Counted from the stretch's first letter, positions 8,649-16,480 are shown. The stretch: DNA of 34,263 bases from a virus (IMGVR_UViG_3300047275_000117:1-34263); one strand, 5' to 3'. The notes: generated by a model from the letters alone, not told the origin. Program-made: numbers and translations.

Positions 8649-9901
8649 TACACTATCCAAGAGGTGTTGAGTTTTAGAGGCTTGCTCCAGGTCGAGCCTG
8701 TGTCCATTCCTATTGCCAAGTACCGGAACGCATCGCTTCCGTGTGAAGACCAGTCGTGCAAAGGCTTGTCAAAGAATACATTACGCTTCTCGTCGTATTC
8801 TCGTCGGTAATTTCGCAAGCAGTCTAAGCCCTGCTTTGTGGCTTTATTAAACCAGCATCTCGGCAGTAATCGGCGTACAGATGCGATCCCATCATCAACT
8901 GGCAAGCGAGGTACGACTGTACAGTTAAGACCGGCCTCTCGTAGCATCTCCAGCCTAGATCGGCCTGTGCCGAGTTCCCTGACCTCAACATCGTGCGGGA
9001 GGAGCATTTCACTCTTTTCCCAGTTCCTTGCCTTGAGTTCCCTGACGTACCAGTCGAGACCCTGCCCGTGATTTTCAATATAGTCCATGAGCCTAATTTC
9101 TTGCCCCGCCACTTGAGCAATCCAGATCGAGGTAGAGTCCCCAACGCCCAAGTCCCACGCTGCGTATGTTTTACAGAGGTCGTCTCTGGTGATCTCGCAG
9201 AACCTACCCTGCTGCTCAAGAGAATTGAGTATCTGCCCGTAATAAGAACCTTCCACGGCTGCGTTAAACGAGCATTCAAACTCTTGGTTGTACTTGTCTT
9301 CGCCCATCTCCTTCTTCGCCGCCTCGAGTTCCGCAGCAGGGACAATGCCCGTTTGAGACGCTTTGAATTCAAGTAGAGACCAGCCATCCTCTTTCTCTGC
9401 CCGATCTCTCAGGTCTTTAAAGTGGTTCGCACCCTTGGGGGTTCCGATGAATAACGCCCACCCCATTCTGTCGGATAGCGCAGGTCGCACTACCTCGTTC
9501 CAGATTTTAGGGTTCATGTCACCCACTTCGTCCAGCACCACCCCGTCGAGATATATTCCTCGGAGTGAGTCTGGGTTGTCTGCTCCGTACAGGCTTATGC
9601 GCCTACCGTAGAAGTCCACCCGTAGTTCGCTGATGTTCGCAGTAGCGTTTAGTGGTTGTGTGTACTTCAGCAGGTAGTCCCAGGCTACTCGCTTGGCTTG
9701 GGTGTAAGTTGGAGCGATGTAGGCAAAACGAGGAGCTTCCCGTTCGCATTGCAGCGCAGCTTTAATGATTTGGTTGATTGCCGCAACAGTCTTTCCGAAT
9801 CGTCTGTGCGCCACCGCAACAGAGAATCGGTGAGCATCAACTGTCTGATGGAGAGAGAGTTGTTGGTCACGAGGCTTGTAAGGGATTACGACTTCTGCCA
9901 T
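8648..9901 (-). CDS. terL: Terminase large subunit
   Basis: Walker A HRRFGKT, Walker B VVLDE, coupling motif GTP, nuclease motifs AWDLG and HDWSSHGSDAFRY. Confidence 0.95.
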   Translation of the reverse strand: MAEVVIPYKPRDQQLSLHQTVDAHRFSVAVAHRRFGKTVAAINQIIKAALQCEREAPRFAYIAPTYTQAKRVAWDYLLKYTQPLNATANISELRVDFYGRRISLYGADNPDSLRGIYLDGVVLDEVGDMNPKIWNEVVRPALSDRMGWALFIGTPKGANHFKDLRDRAEKEDGWSLLEFKASQTGIVPAAELEAAKKEMGEDKYNQEFECSFNAAVEGSYYGQILNSLEQQGRFCEITRDDLCKTYAAWDLGVGDSTSIWIAQVAGQEIRLMDYIENHGQGLDWYVRELKARNWEKSEMLLPHDVEVRELGTGRSRLEMLREAGLNCTVVPRLPVDDGIASVRRLLPRCWFNKATKQGLDCLRNYRREYDEKRNVFFDKPLHDWSSHGSDAFRYLAIGMDTGSTWSKPLKLNTSWIV

Positions 9902-10224
9902 GTAAAGTTCAACGGTTGACCATTCGCACCCGTCATCTCGTTTACCTGCGTCTCTTTCCAGCCAGCCCTAGTCTTGAGCCAGAAGATCATAGCGGTTGTG
10001 TTTCCAGACTTGGCCTGCTCATATAAAGACTTCGCAATCTGTGCGTTAGCGTCAATACGCCCGTCATCTAGCTCCTGACGATAATACTTTGTGAGCGTGT
10101 CTGCGCTAATGCCTAGCTTGCTCGCTATGTCCTCGTGCCGTACACCTACCGCTGCCAGAGTCTTGACTTGTAGCCTAGCCTGGTCAGTTGGTTGGTGGGG
10201 AGGACGCCCCACTCCTTCTGCCAT
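9886..10224 (-). CDS. terS: Terminase small subunit
   Basis: GRP N-terminus, HTH (DIASKLGISADTLTKYY), TAMIFWLKTRAGWKE; immediately upstream of terL. Confidence 0.85.
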   Translation of the reverse strand: MAEGVGRPPHQPTDQARLQVKTLAAVGVRHEDIASKLGISADTLTKYYRQELDDGRIDANAQIAKSLYEQAKSGNTTAMIFWLKTRAGWKETQVNEMTGANGQPLNFTWQKS

Positions 10225-10378
10225 TTTTTAACTCCGCTAAATATACTTCTGAAATGTAAAGTTTGTGCTTATTAACTAAACCTCGCAGCATTTTCTCTGC
10301 GGCTGGTTTCTGCACAAACACTGCCCCGTCTAGCGGTGAGCCATCATGTAGGTAAAGGATGGCCCATCGCTTAAACAA
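10184..10378 (-). CDS. Hypothetical protein
   Basis: 64 aa ORF filling the gap between the methylase and terS, overlapping both. Confidence 0.5.
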   Translation of the reverse strand: MFKRWAILYLHDGSPLDGAVFVQKPAAEKMLRGLVNKHKLYISEVYLAELKNGRRSGASSPPTN

Positions 10379-11579
10379 GTTCGGCCTTCTGGCCTGTGAA
10401 ATCTTCCCAGCGCTTTACGATTACATCGCAATACTTTGGGTCTAGTTCCATAAGCCTAGCGCACCTGCCTTGTTTCTCTGCCGCAATCATCGTAGACCCA
10501 GAGCCGCCAAAGAGGTCTAAAACAATTCCATTCACCTGACTTCCATCAAGTATTGCTTTTTCGACTAGTTCTACAGGCTTCATCGTTGGATGCAGGTCAT
10601 TTTTAGGAGTTCTTTTAATCCTCCAAATGTCCATTCCGTTTTTGCCACCATAGAACTTATGGTTGTTTACCCAACCATAAAACATTGGCTCATACATTGA
10701 CATATAGTCACTATTGCTTAGTGTGTGGTTGCCTTTGTCCCAAATGATAAGCGACCTGCATTTGAGGCCCGTTCTATCAAAACTAGCGTAATACTTCCCG
10801 ATGCCCAAACGATAAAAGGTAATGTAAAACGCTCCATCAACCTTTATTTTTATGATTGAATTAATCGCATCTAAAAAGTCGTTGCCTTCTTGCTCGGACA
10901 TTTTGTCGTTTTTGATCGCCCCATGCTTTGCGTTAAACGACTTGCTTCCGTCAGCATGAATCCCACCGGTAAAGTCCATTAAGTAAGGTGGGTCAGTAAA
11001 AATCATGTTTGCCGTTTCTGGCATCAGCTTCTCCACCGCATCTATGCTCGTAGAGTCACCGCACATCAGCCTGTGCCGACCTAGTTGGTAAATGTCCCCA
11101 GGCTTGGTCTTAGGCTCCTCTGGAACCTCTGGCACTTCGTCTTCGTCTGTAAGTCCTTCCGTAGGCTTTACAGGGTCTAGCAGGTTCTTTAGCTCGTCTA
11201 CATCGAAACCTAAGATGTCGAGCGCAAAGTTATCCGCTAAAAGTTCGTTTAACTCTATCGTGAGTAGCTCGTTATCCCAGCCAGCGTTCAGAGCCAGTCG
11301 GTTGTCTGCGATAATGTATGCCTTTCGCTGCGTCTCGGTCAGATGCCCCAGTCTTATGCATGGGACTTCCATAAGGCCGATCTTCCTTGCAGCCATGACC
11401 CGTCCGTGGCCAGCAATGATGACATCATCCTCGCCAATAAGAACAGGGTTGTTGAATCCGAACTCTTTGATTGACGCTGCGATCTGAGCTACTTGCTCGT
11501 CTGAGTGCGTCCTCGAGTTCTTGGCATACGGGATCAGCTTTTCAATGCCGATCTTTTCAATCTGATGTGCGCCTTGCAT
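10371..11579 (-). CDS. ParB/Srx-like domain fused to a beta-class N6-adenine/N4-cytosine DNA methyltransferase
   Basis: N-terminal LIPYAKNSRTH...IIAGHGR...IADNRL; catalytic DPPY precedes HPTMKP and SAM-binding DLFGGSGST. Confidence 0.9.
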   Translation of the reverse strand: MQGAHQIEKIGIEKLIPYAKNSRTHSDEQVAQIAASIKEFGFNNPVLIGEDDVIIAGHGRVMAARKIGLMEVPCIRLGHLTETQRKAYIIADNRLALNAGWDNELLTIELNELLADNFALDILGFDVDELKNLLDPVKPTEGLTDEDEVPEVPEEPKTKPGDIYQLGRHRLMCGDSTSIDAVEKLMPETANMIFTDPPYLMDFTGGIHADGSKSFNAKHGAIKNDKMSEQEGNDFLDAINSIIKIKVDGAFYITFYRLGIGKYYASFDRTGLKCRSLIIWDKGNHTLSNSDYMSMYEPMFYGWVNNHKFYGGKNGMDIWRIKRTPKNDLHPTMKPVELVEKAILDGSQVNGIVLDLFGGSGSTMIAAEKQGRCARLMELDPKYCDVIVKRWEDFTGQKAELV

Positions 11580-11624
11580 TGAGTCCTCTAGGGTTGCTCG
11601 ATATGAGGAGTATACACACTAATT

Positions 11625-12362
11625 TTATTTAAGTGTCTGTAGATAATCTTGATACAAAGAAGAAGTCTTTGCTTGACTGTTGTTCTGCTCTTTCCAAATT
11701 TTTATTAAAGAATTTATGTCAAAACTAACAGGAACCTCTTTTACGCCCTCTTCAATGTAAGCCGCCATTCGATGGTGGCCATCCTCTACATATGGCAAGT
11801 CACCCTTTTGGGTATGAACTAAAACAGGGGGGAATTTGTCACCACGCTTTAAGGATTCCCTAAAAGACTTAATCTTCTCCGAAGAACCTGGCAAAGATCG
11901 GTCAGCCCAACTAGACCATTCGCTTGGATCAAGCAAGCCAGGGGGAAGGTATTCGTGAGGCTCTTGCTTTACAACCCCTTCTGGAGGACTTTTCATATTC
12001 ATGTGTTCTGGCATGAATTGAGTGACATGCTTATCCAAGAACTCTTTTATATCTAGTCTTTTAGCATCTTCTTTTAATTTTGTTAGACCTTGACCAATTT
12101 TGACACTTCCTACTGGCGCAAACCCCATTGGCCCCGCCATCATCATGTCTGTGAGTTGGCGTAGTGCGTTCTCGTCTGTGACCTTGAATGGCTGCCGTGG
12201 GTCTGCAAATGCTTGGCTCTGGAGTGCTTTTGCCGCCTGACCAGATTCGACTACTCGTCCACCCAGCATGCTTGCGTAGTCAGCAGGGTTTTGCAGAGCG
12301 TCAAAGAGTTGTCGCTTGAGTGCGTCAATTCTGCTCGTCAGTGGGGTTAGTCTCTCAGCCAT
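11625..12362 (-). CDS. Protein with a C-terminal ParB/Sulfiredoxin-like domain
   Basis: GDKFPPVLV...VEDGHHRMAAY...VKEVPV; the 3' part is visibly more AT-rich than the 5' part. Confidence 0.7.
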   Translation of the reverse strand: MAERLTPLTSRIDALKRQLFDALQNPADYASMLGGRVVESGQAAKALQSQAFADPRQPFKVTDENALRQLTDMMMAGPMGFAPVGSVKIGQGLTKLKEDAKRLDIKEFLDKHVTQFMPEHMNMKSPPEGVVKQEPHEYLPPGLLDPSEWSSWADRSLPGSSEKIKSFRESLKRGDKFPPVLVHTQKGDLPYVEDGHHRMAAYIEEGVKEVPVSFDINSLIKIWKEQNNSQAKTSSLYQDYLQTLK

Positions 12363-12894
12363 TTTTCTCTAGTATCACGCTCATGGAGTCGATTGCCCTC
12401 GGAGTTATTGTTAGTAACTCGTCTGGACACTCGATGTTAGGGTTCTTGTGGAAGGTTAGGCTCTTCATTGTGAACCTGTCTTTCCAATTCAAATACCAAT
12501 GCCAGTCTGTGTAGTAAAGCCAGCTATTCTCGTTGAACGCTCTGACATGCGTAGGGTCTTGCCATGCCCCTAGACTTAAATCATAAGGTACATGGATGTA
12601 CATCTCGCCTCCAGGCTTGAGGAGGTCTTTACAGTTTGTCATTGCCTTAACGAGGTCGGGAATGTGTTCTAGTACATCGTTTGCCAAGATGGTTGCGAAC
12701 ATCTCTCGCTCGATCTTGAACTTCCCTAGTCTCGTTGTGATGCTTTGCCCCCAGGGGACATTTGTTATGTCTAGCACCCAGTCTGGGTTTTTCTCAGGCT
12801 GGATGTCTGCGTTGATAAAATCCGCCCTCCAGTCTTTTCCAGACCCGAGGTTAAGTTTTGGGCCTGCGATCTCTTGAACTTTCTTTTTTACCAT
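12355..12894 (-). CDS. Class I SAM-dependent methyltransferase (Methyltransf_11-like)
   Basis: KLNLGSG motif I, INADI, NDVLEHI, LLKPGG, WQDPTH. Confidence 0.85.
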   Translation of the reverse strand: MVKKKVQEIAGPKLNLGSGKDWRADFINADIQPEKNPDWVLDITNVPWGQSITTRLGKFKIEREMFATILANDVLEHIPDLVKAMTNCKDLLKPGGEMYIHVPYDLSLGAWQDPTHVRAFNENSWLYYTDWHWYLNWKDRFTMKSLTFHKNPNIECPDELLTITPRAIDSMSVILEKNG

Positions 12895-13178
12895 TTGACC
12901 TTATCGGCCCAGTACGCTGCGCTCATCTTGCCCTTGGCGATGTTTGCCGCATGTCTGGCCTTGAATGACTTCCTACGGGCCTTGTCTCCGGCAGACTCAC
13001 CCTTCTTAGCTGGACTGCCGGAAACGCCCTGTTGACCGAATCGGATGGTCTTGACCTTATCGCCCTCTTTAGCCACGACTACATGTGACTTAGTAGGGTG
13101 GTTAGGAGTGCGTTTGGGTCGGTTGTAGTCCTCTACCCCTATGCGCTCAAGAATCTTGGCGGCCTCTCTTACTTTCAT
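12888..13178 (-). CDS. Basic phage hypothetical protein
   Basis: 96 aa, K/R-rich; KSHVVVAKEGDKVKTIRFGQQG...RRKSFKARH...SAAYWA; ATGA-coupled to the upstream ORF. Confidence 0.8.
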   Translation of the reverse strand: MKVREAAKILERIGVEDYNRPKRTPNHPTKSHVVVAKEGDKVKTIRFGQQGVSGSPAKKGESAGDKARRKSFKARHAANIAKGKMSAAYWADKVKW

Positions 13179-13330
13179 TTCTTCTTCGCTGCTCGCATGT
13201 TGTCAATCAGGTTCGGGTAGGGCCGACCAGCAGACTTAGCCATAGCCTTGGCTGACTTCTTCTCTTTTGGAGATAGAGGGTCAGGCTTACCCAGAGCCTT
13301 TGGGCGCTTCTTGTCCCAAACGGCTTTCAC
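13175..13330 (-). CDS. Small basic protein (51 aa)
   Basis: Below the track cutoff: MKAVWDKKRPKALGKPDPLSPKEKKSAKAMAKSAGRPYPNLIDNMRAAKKK; GTGA/ATGA overlaps on both sides. Confidence 0.75.
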   Translation of the reverse strand: MKAVWDKKRPKALGKPDPLSPKEKKSAKAMAKSAGRPYPNLIDNMRAAKKK

Positions 13331-13479
13331 TTCTTGTACTCCGGTTTGCCCTTCATGGATTTCGTCTCTTTGACGTATTCCTTAGCCACCTTCTGCGGAA
13401 CTCCCATCATCTTTGCCATTTTGGGGCTCTTGGCGGCAGCTTGCATGAAACGGTTTTGGGCTTTACTCACGCTCGGCAT
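13327..13479 (-). CDS. Small basic protein (50 aa)
   Basis: MPSVSKAQNRFMQAAAKSPKMAKMMGVPQKVAKEYVKETKSMKGKPEYKK; GGAGG RBS; coupled to the next ORF. Confidence 0.75.
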   Translation of the reverse strand: MPSVSKAQNRFMQAAAKSPKMAKMMGVPQKVAKEYVKETKSMKGKPEYKK

Positions 13480-13783
13480 CTTTTTCCTCCCAGGCATCAC
13501 AGACGTTCTTCTTGGAACACTTGAAGTCGAATATCTCGCAATAGACCTCTGAATTCTTGAGACCGCACTTCTTCATGTCCATACCGTACTCACAGTTGCC
13601 GCAGCGCTCTTCACCCTCTGCTGGGCCGTAAGAGGCTTTCAGGATGGCAACCTGCTTGTTTCCTTTGTTTACGATCTCGTCCTGAGTCGCAAGCGGACAC
13701 TCACCATCTTCGAGGAGACCATCTTTCTTGACCGTCTCAGGCTCAGACCCGAGAAGGCCGATCATAATCGTCGGGCCTTTCAC
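13463..13783 (-). CDS. Cys-rich hypothetical protein (possible metal binding)
   Basis: 106 aa; CPLATQD, CGNC, C..C pattern, CDAW; GTGA-coupled start. Confidence 0.7.
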   Translation of the reverse strand: MKGPTIMIGLLGSEPETVKKDGLLEDGECPLATQDEIVNKGNKQVAILKASYGPAEGEERCGNCEYGMDMKKCGLKNSEVYCEIFDFKCSKKNVCDAWEEKDAERE

Positions 13784-13833
13784 TTCTTCTTCCCAGGCTT
13801 GGTGGGTTTCTTCATGGGTTTTTTGCCGTACAT
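13780..13833 (-). CDS. Lys-rich micropeptide (17 aa), first ORF of the late operon
   Basis: MYGKKPMKKPTKPGKKK; GGAG 6 nt before ATG; stop overlaps the next GTG start. Confidence 0.6.
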   Translation of the reverse strand: MYGKKPMKKPTKPGKKK

Positions 13834-13843
13834 GTCAGGCTCC

Positions 13844-13868
13844 AAAAAAAAGCCCAGACTGGCTGGGC
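13844..13868 (-). terminator. Intrinsic terminator in the late leader (tR'-like)
   Basis: GCCCAG-ccagt-CTGGGC followed by T8 on the minus strand. Confidence 0.85.
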
Positions 13869-13905
13869 GAATCACTACAGGAGGAGAAGATGGGCGCAAT
13901 AGCCC
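13844..13905 (-). ncRNA. Putative ~60 nt terminated late-leader RNA
   Basis: Bounded by the promoter at 13912-13940 and the terminator; contains hairpin TGGGC-tattgc-GCCCA and the pyrimidine tract CCATCTTCTCCTCCTG. Confidence 0.5.
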
Positions 13906-13911
13906 ACCCCG

Positions 13912-13940
13912 AATATATCACCCTTCAACTTTTGGTGCAA
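13912..13940 (-). promoter_or_regulatory. sigma70-type late promoter (pR'-like)
   Basis: TTGCAC (13940-13935), 17 nt spacer, TATATT (13917-13912), with an extended -10 TGn. Confidence 0.7.
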
Positions 13941-14130
13941 GGGAGAAGACGTAAATCATCCTCGGGCCAAGTTTATTAGTGGTCTCGACCTTGGTTTTGA
14001 CTACCTTTCCTTGTTTGACATATCTGGCTAGGCAAGCGGAGATATAGCTTCGCTTTAGGTTGGTAATAACCTCAATCTGCTGAGAGGTGCGTGGTTCGGT
14101 TAGTGCGTCAAGTACTTGTTGGCAACTCAT
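13918..14130 (-). CDS. Small winged-HTH-like protein
   Basis: 70 aa from ATG 14130 (GGAG RBS, ATGA coupling); VLDALTEPRTSQQIEVITNLKRSYISACLARYVKQGKV. Confidence 0.65.
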   Translation of the reverse strand: MSCQQVLDALTEPRTSQQIEVITNLKRSYISACLARYVKQGKVVKTKVETTNKLGPRMIYVFSLAPKVEG

Positions 14131-14303
14131 TTGGTCTCCAAGGCCCAAGAAAAAACTTTCTGGGAGTGTTCAGCGATTTCTCTGGATACTGTCTGGATCA
14201 TAGCCAGTCTTGCAGAATCTGGCTTGGCTGCATTAGCCGTTAGTTCTCTGAGTTCTGCTCCGAGTTGTTGTATTTTTACAACATGCAATGCTGGATCGTT
14301 CAT
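14127..14303 (-). CDS. Hypothetical protein (58 aa)
   Basis: MNDPALHVVKIQQLGAELRELTANAAKPDSARLAMIQTVSREIAEHSQKVFSWALETK; ATGA overlaps on both sides. Confidence 0.65.
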   Translation of the reverse strand: MNDPALHVVKIQQLGAELRELTANAAKPDSARLAMIQTVSREIAEHSQKVFSWALETK

Positions 14304-14515
14304 GTGTTCATCCTCTTTAGTCTTGATTCAATATCTTCAATTCCAACGTAGCCAAGTGCTTTCAAGTATTTCTTCTCACCGTCCGTAAAACCAACCCATT
14401 CACGCTTATCGGATCGAATCTTCTCAACAAATTCCAGTACATGATCGTAGCTTGCGAAGATAACCGCACCGTCGTCGCCAAGTATGCAGTAGTCGTTTAC
14501 TAGTTCGTCAATCAT
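14300..14515 (-). CDS. Hypothetical protein
   Basis: Start at the ATGA overlap (14515); C-terminal KREWVGFTDGE...IESRLKRMNT resembles a common small phage early-gene ending. Confidence 0.6.
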   Translation of the reverse strand: MIDELVNDYCILGDDGAVIFASYDHVLEFVEKIRSDKREWVGFTDGEKKYLKALGYVGIEDIESRLKRMNT

Positions 14516-14760
14516 AGCCATACCCCCATCACACATTTTGAATACTTCTTAGCCAGTTTTGCAGGAGCCTCTGGCTTTTGGGTCATGTACCACCATGCCA
14601 TGCGCTCCGTCCCTTGATCCGTCACCCGTCGGATGATCTTGTTTTCCAGTTGCAGCTTCAATAGTTGCTTGCTGACCTGACTTCTACCGACCTTAAAGTG
14701 CGCCTGGATGTCAGTGATCGTCCGAGGTTTGTAGCAATACTCAATCAGTTGTTCGTACAT
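14512..14760 (-). CDS. Small winged-HTH-like protein
   Basis: 82 aa; PRTITDIQAHFKVGRSQVSKQLLKLQLENKI. Confidence 0.6.
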   Translation of the reverse strand: MYEQLIEYCYKPRTITDIQAHFKVGRSQVSKQLLKLQLENKIIRRVTDQGTERMAWWYMTQKPEAPAKLAKKYSKCVMGVWL

Positions 14761-15010
14761 TCTGCCCCCACCATAGTGTTAAACATGCGCCCTCTAGCTC
14801 AGGCTTGACTCGTTTAGTGTCCAGAGCAGCATTGAAACCCTGCCTGTAGGCTCTCTGGAGTTCTTCGTTGGTCGCTATCCTGTGCGTGTTCCAGACTGTT
14901 GCCATGATCCAAATAATGATCGCAGAGACTACTAAAACAGGTATGTAGGTAAGTGGCCTGAGAGTGACCCGTCTGCGTTCTTCAGGAATACTACTTGTGG
15001 GTTTTCGCAT
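14741..15010 (-). CDS. Single-pass membrane protein
   Basis: ATG 15010 with GGAGA RBS; hydrophobic stretch YIPVLVVSAIIIWIMATVW. Confidence 0.6.
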   Translation of the reverse strand: MRKPTSSIPEERRRVTLRPLTYIPVLVVSAIIIWIMATVWNTHRIATNEELQRAYRQGFNAALDTKRVKPELEGACLTLWWGQNVRTTD

Positions 15011-15132
15011 CTGTTCTTCTCCATCATCTCGTTTTTGAATTGAGGCGTGCAGTCGTTGCAAGGCCCGTGGGCTGGGCATTCTGTCCTAGCGGCCTCCTTC
15101 CACTCCTCCCACTGCTGCCTTGTAAAACACAT
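14932..15132 (-). CDS. Small Cys-containing hypothetical protein
   Basis: ATG 15132 with GGGGAG RBS; CF..QW.EW...CNDCTPQFK..M...RCENP. Confidence 0.6.
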   Translation of the reverse strand: MCFTRQQWEEWKEAARTECPAHGPCNDCTPQFKNEMMEKNRCENPQVVFLKNADGSLSGHLPTYLF

Positions 15133-15151
15133 GGGGTACTCCCCCTTGAAC

Positions 15152-15667
15152 TTAACTCGCAAGGGACACCTTCCTTTCGTCTTTAGCGGCAGTGATCTTC
15201 GAGAGTGCATCCTGATCCCCGCTAAACTGCCTTACCGCAGCCTGGAAGACCGTCTGTAGGGTTGGGATGTTCGGAGCCGCCAGAATCGCTTCTATAGCCT
15301 TAGAGGGGTCAGCTTTAGGTTTGCTTTGTTGATGCACAGCGTTTTGGACTTCATTGGCGCTGGCGAACTCTGTCCCTCCAAAGCCTGCTGCTGCTAAGCA
15401 CCGACCGATTGCTGATGTCTCTGCATTTTCAAGGGCAGAGGTTTGATTGATCTGAGATGCCTTGCGCTTCTCTTCTGCGTGACCAGTTGCGATGACTCGA
15501 TTGGTCTCATTCAAGATGGTCGCCTTCATGACCACTTCATTTTCGTCACGAAAGACGATCTCGGTTGTAATCGACCAGTCTGGGTGCTTCTCACGAAACT
15601 GTTGAACTCGGAGTGCAACCGTCATGTACTCTTTGCCACGAATGTTTACGATACCTGTGTTTGACAT
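15152..15667 (-). CDS. Single-strand annealing protein (Rad52/Sak-like)
   Basis: GKEYMTVALRV..FR..HP, ATGHAEE, SALENAETSAIGRCLA, ASANEV; AGGAG RBS; YqaJ exonuclease elsewhere in the genome. Confidence 0.65.
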   Translation of the reverse strand: MSNTGIVNIRGKEYMTVALRVQQFREKHPDWSITTEIVFRDENEVVMKATILNETNRVIATGHAEEKRKASQINQTSALENAETSAIGRCLAAAGFGGTEFASANEVQNAVHQQSKPKADPSKAIEAILAAPNIPTLQTVFQAAVRQFSGDQDALSKITAAKDERKVSLAS

Positions 15668-15676
15668 CTTCTTCTC

Positions 15677-15763
15677 CTAGAGGAAACAAAACCAAATAAA
15701 TGTGATGGCCCAAATGGGCGCTACGATTGCGAAGGCGATTCGCTCTGCCCTGGTCTCAGTCAT
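15677..15763 (-). CDS. Small membrane peptide (28 aa)
   Basis: MTETRAERIAFAIVAPIWAITFIWFCFL; fills the gap between 15756..16016 and the SSAP; AGGA upstream. Confidence 0.55.
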   Translation of the reverse strand: MTETRAERIAFAIVAPIWAITFIWFCFL

Positions 15764-16016
15764 CGAAGTTATTCCTGTAAGAACGTAGGTCAATGTTGAG
15801 GTTGTCGATAAGCTTCCAGGTAAGGGCTACTTGCTCGTCGCTGCGGTTGAGGGGGAACGAGAACAGGTCTGCATAAAACTCTACGAGCTTGGCGACTTGC
15901 ATGAGTTGATACTTGACCAGTTCGCAGCTCTGCTCGTGTTCCTTCTGTTGTTGCTCTGACTCTTCTACCATGTGGCTATACTCCGAAATCCAGCAATCTA
16001 CGGGTTCTCTCATCAT
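15756..16016 (-). CDS. Hypothetical protein, first gene of the leftward early operon
   Basis: 86 aa, strong RBS AGGAGAAG-ATG. Confidence 0.75.
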   Translation of the reverse strand: MMREPVDCWISEYSHMVEESEQQQKEHEQSCELVKYQLMQVAKLVEFYADLFSFPLNRSDEQVALTWKLIDNLNIDLRSYRNNFDD

Positions 16017-16049
16017 CTTCTCCTGTGGTTGTTAACTGCTATGAGTAGA

Positions 16050-16114
16050 ACTATACAGACCTGCACACAGAAGTAAACAACTTTTTTTCTAAGTAGTTTC
16101 CCCTGTTGTATATT
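16050..16114. promoter_or_regulatory. Divergent early promoter region
   Basis: Minus strand: TTTACT-16 nt-TATAGT pointing at 16016. Plus strand: TATATT at 16109-16114, 6 nt before ATG 16121. AT-rich interval between them. Confidence 0.5.
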
Positions 16115-16120
16115 TGAGAC

Positions 16121-16480
16121 ATGTCACCCACACAACGAAGCCTGAAGTACCTAAAAGAGCAGGGCATGAAGCCTTGGGTCTGTGAGTACTGGAACTCGTT
16201 TGCCAGGAAGAGGGTTGACTTGTATGGGTGTATAGACATCTTAGCCATAGGCAACGGGGAGACCTGGGCGGTACAGACTACTAGCACAGGCGTGTCTTCA
16301 AGGGTCAAGAAAATTCAAGAGTCCGAGTACTTCCCTGCAATGCTGGAGTCTGGCTGGCGGGTCTTCGTCCACGGCTGGAGCAAAAATACAAAGGGAGAGA
16401 TGAAGCATCGGGTTGTGGAGTTGACGAGCGAAAATTTGTTGAGTAGTATTGACCATGTTGGGAGTGACGCCCCAGCATAG
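16121..16480 (+). CDS. PD-(D/E)XK-like small nuclease (resolvase-like)
   Basis: PTQRSLKYLKEQG...DLYGCIDILAI...AVQTT...VHGW; restriction-endonuclease-like pattern. Confidence 0.6.
   Translation: MSPTQRSLKYLKEQGMKPWVCEYWNSFARKRVDLYGCIDILAIGNGETWAVQTTSTGVSSRVKKIQESEYFPAMLESGWRVFVHGWSKNTKGEMKHRVVELTSENLLSSIDHVGSDAPA
16421..16449 (+). promoter_or_regulatory. sigma70-type promoter driving the structured RNA region
   Basis: TTGACG (16421-16426), 17 nt spacer, TAGTAT (16444-16449); a hairpin begins at the predicted +1 (~16455). Confidence 0.65.

Noticed and set aside
8824-9387. 187 aa alternative-frame ORF inside terL
   Set aside because: R/S/T-rich composition typical of an off-frame read; unlike the methylase overlap, it supplies no missing motif.
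11609-11640. Internal promoter before the ParB-methylase (TATACT on the minus strand)
   Set aside because: Good -10 but no acceptable -35 or extended -10 at the proper spacing.
10371-12362. ParABS plasmid-prophage partition system
   Set aside because: The ParB-like domains lack an HTH, one is the common methylase fusion next to terS, and no ParA or parS array is visible.
13890-13979. Plus-strand 29 aa ORF behind AGGAGGAGAAG
   Set aside because: Antisense to the surrounding operons with no evident plus-strand promoter; treated as the complement of the leader RNA tract, though not excluded.
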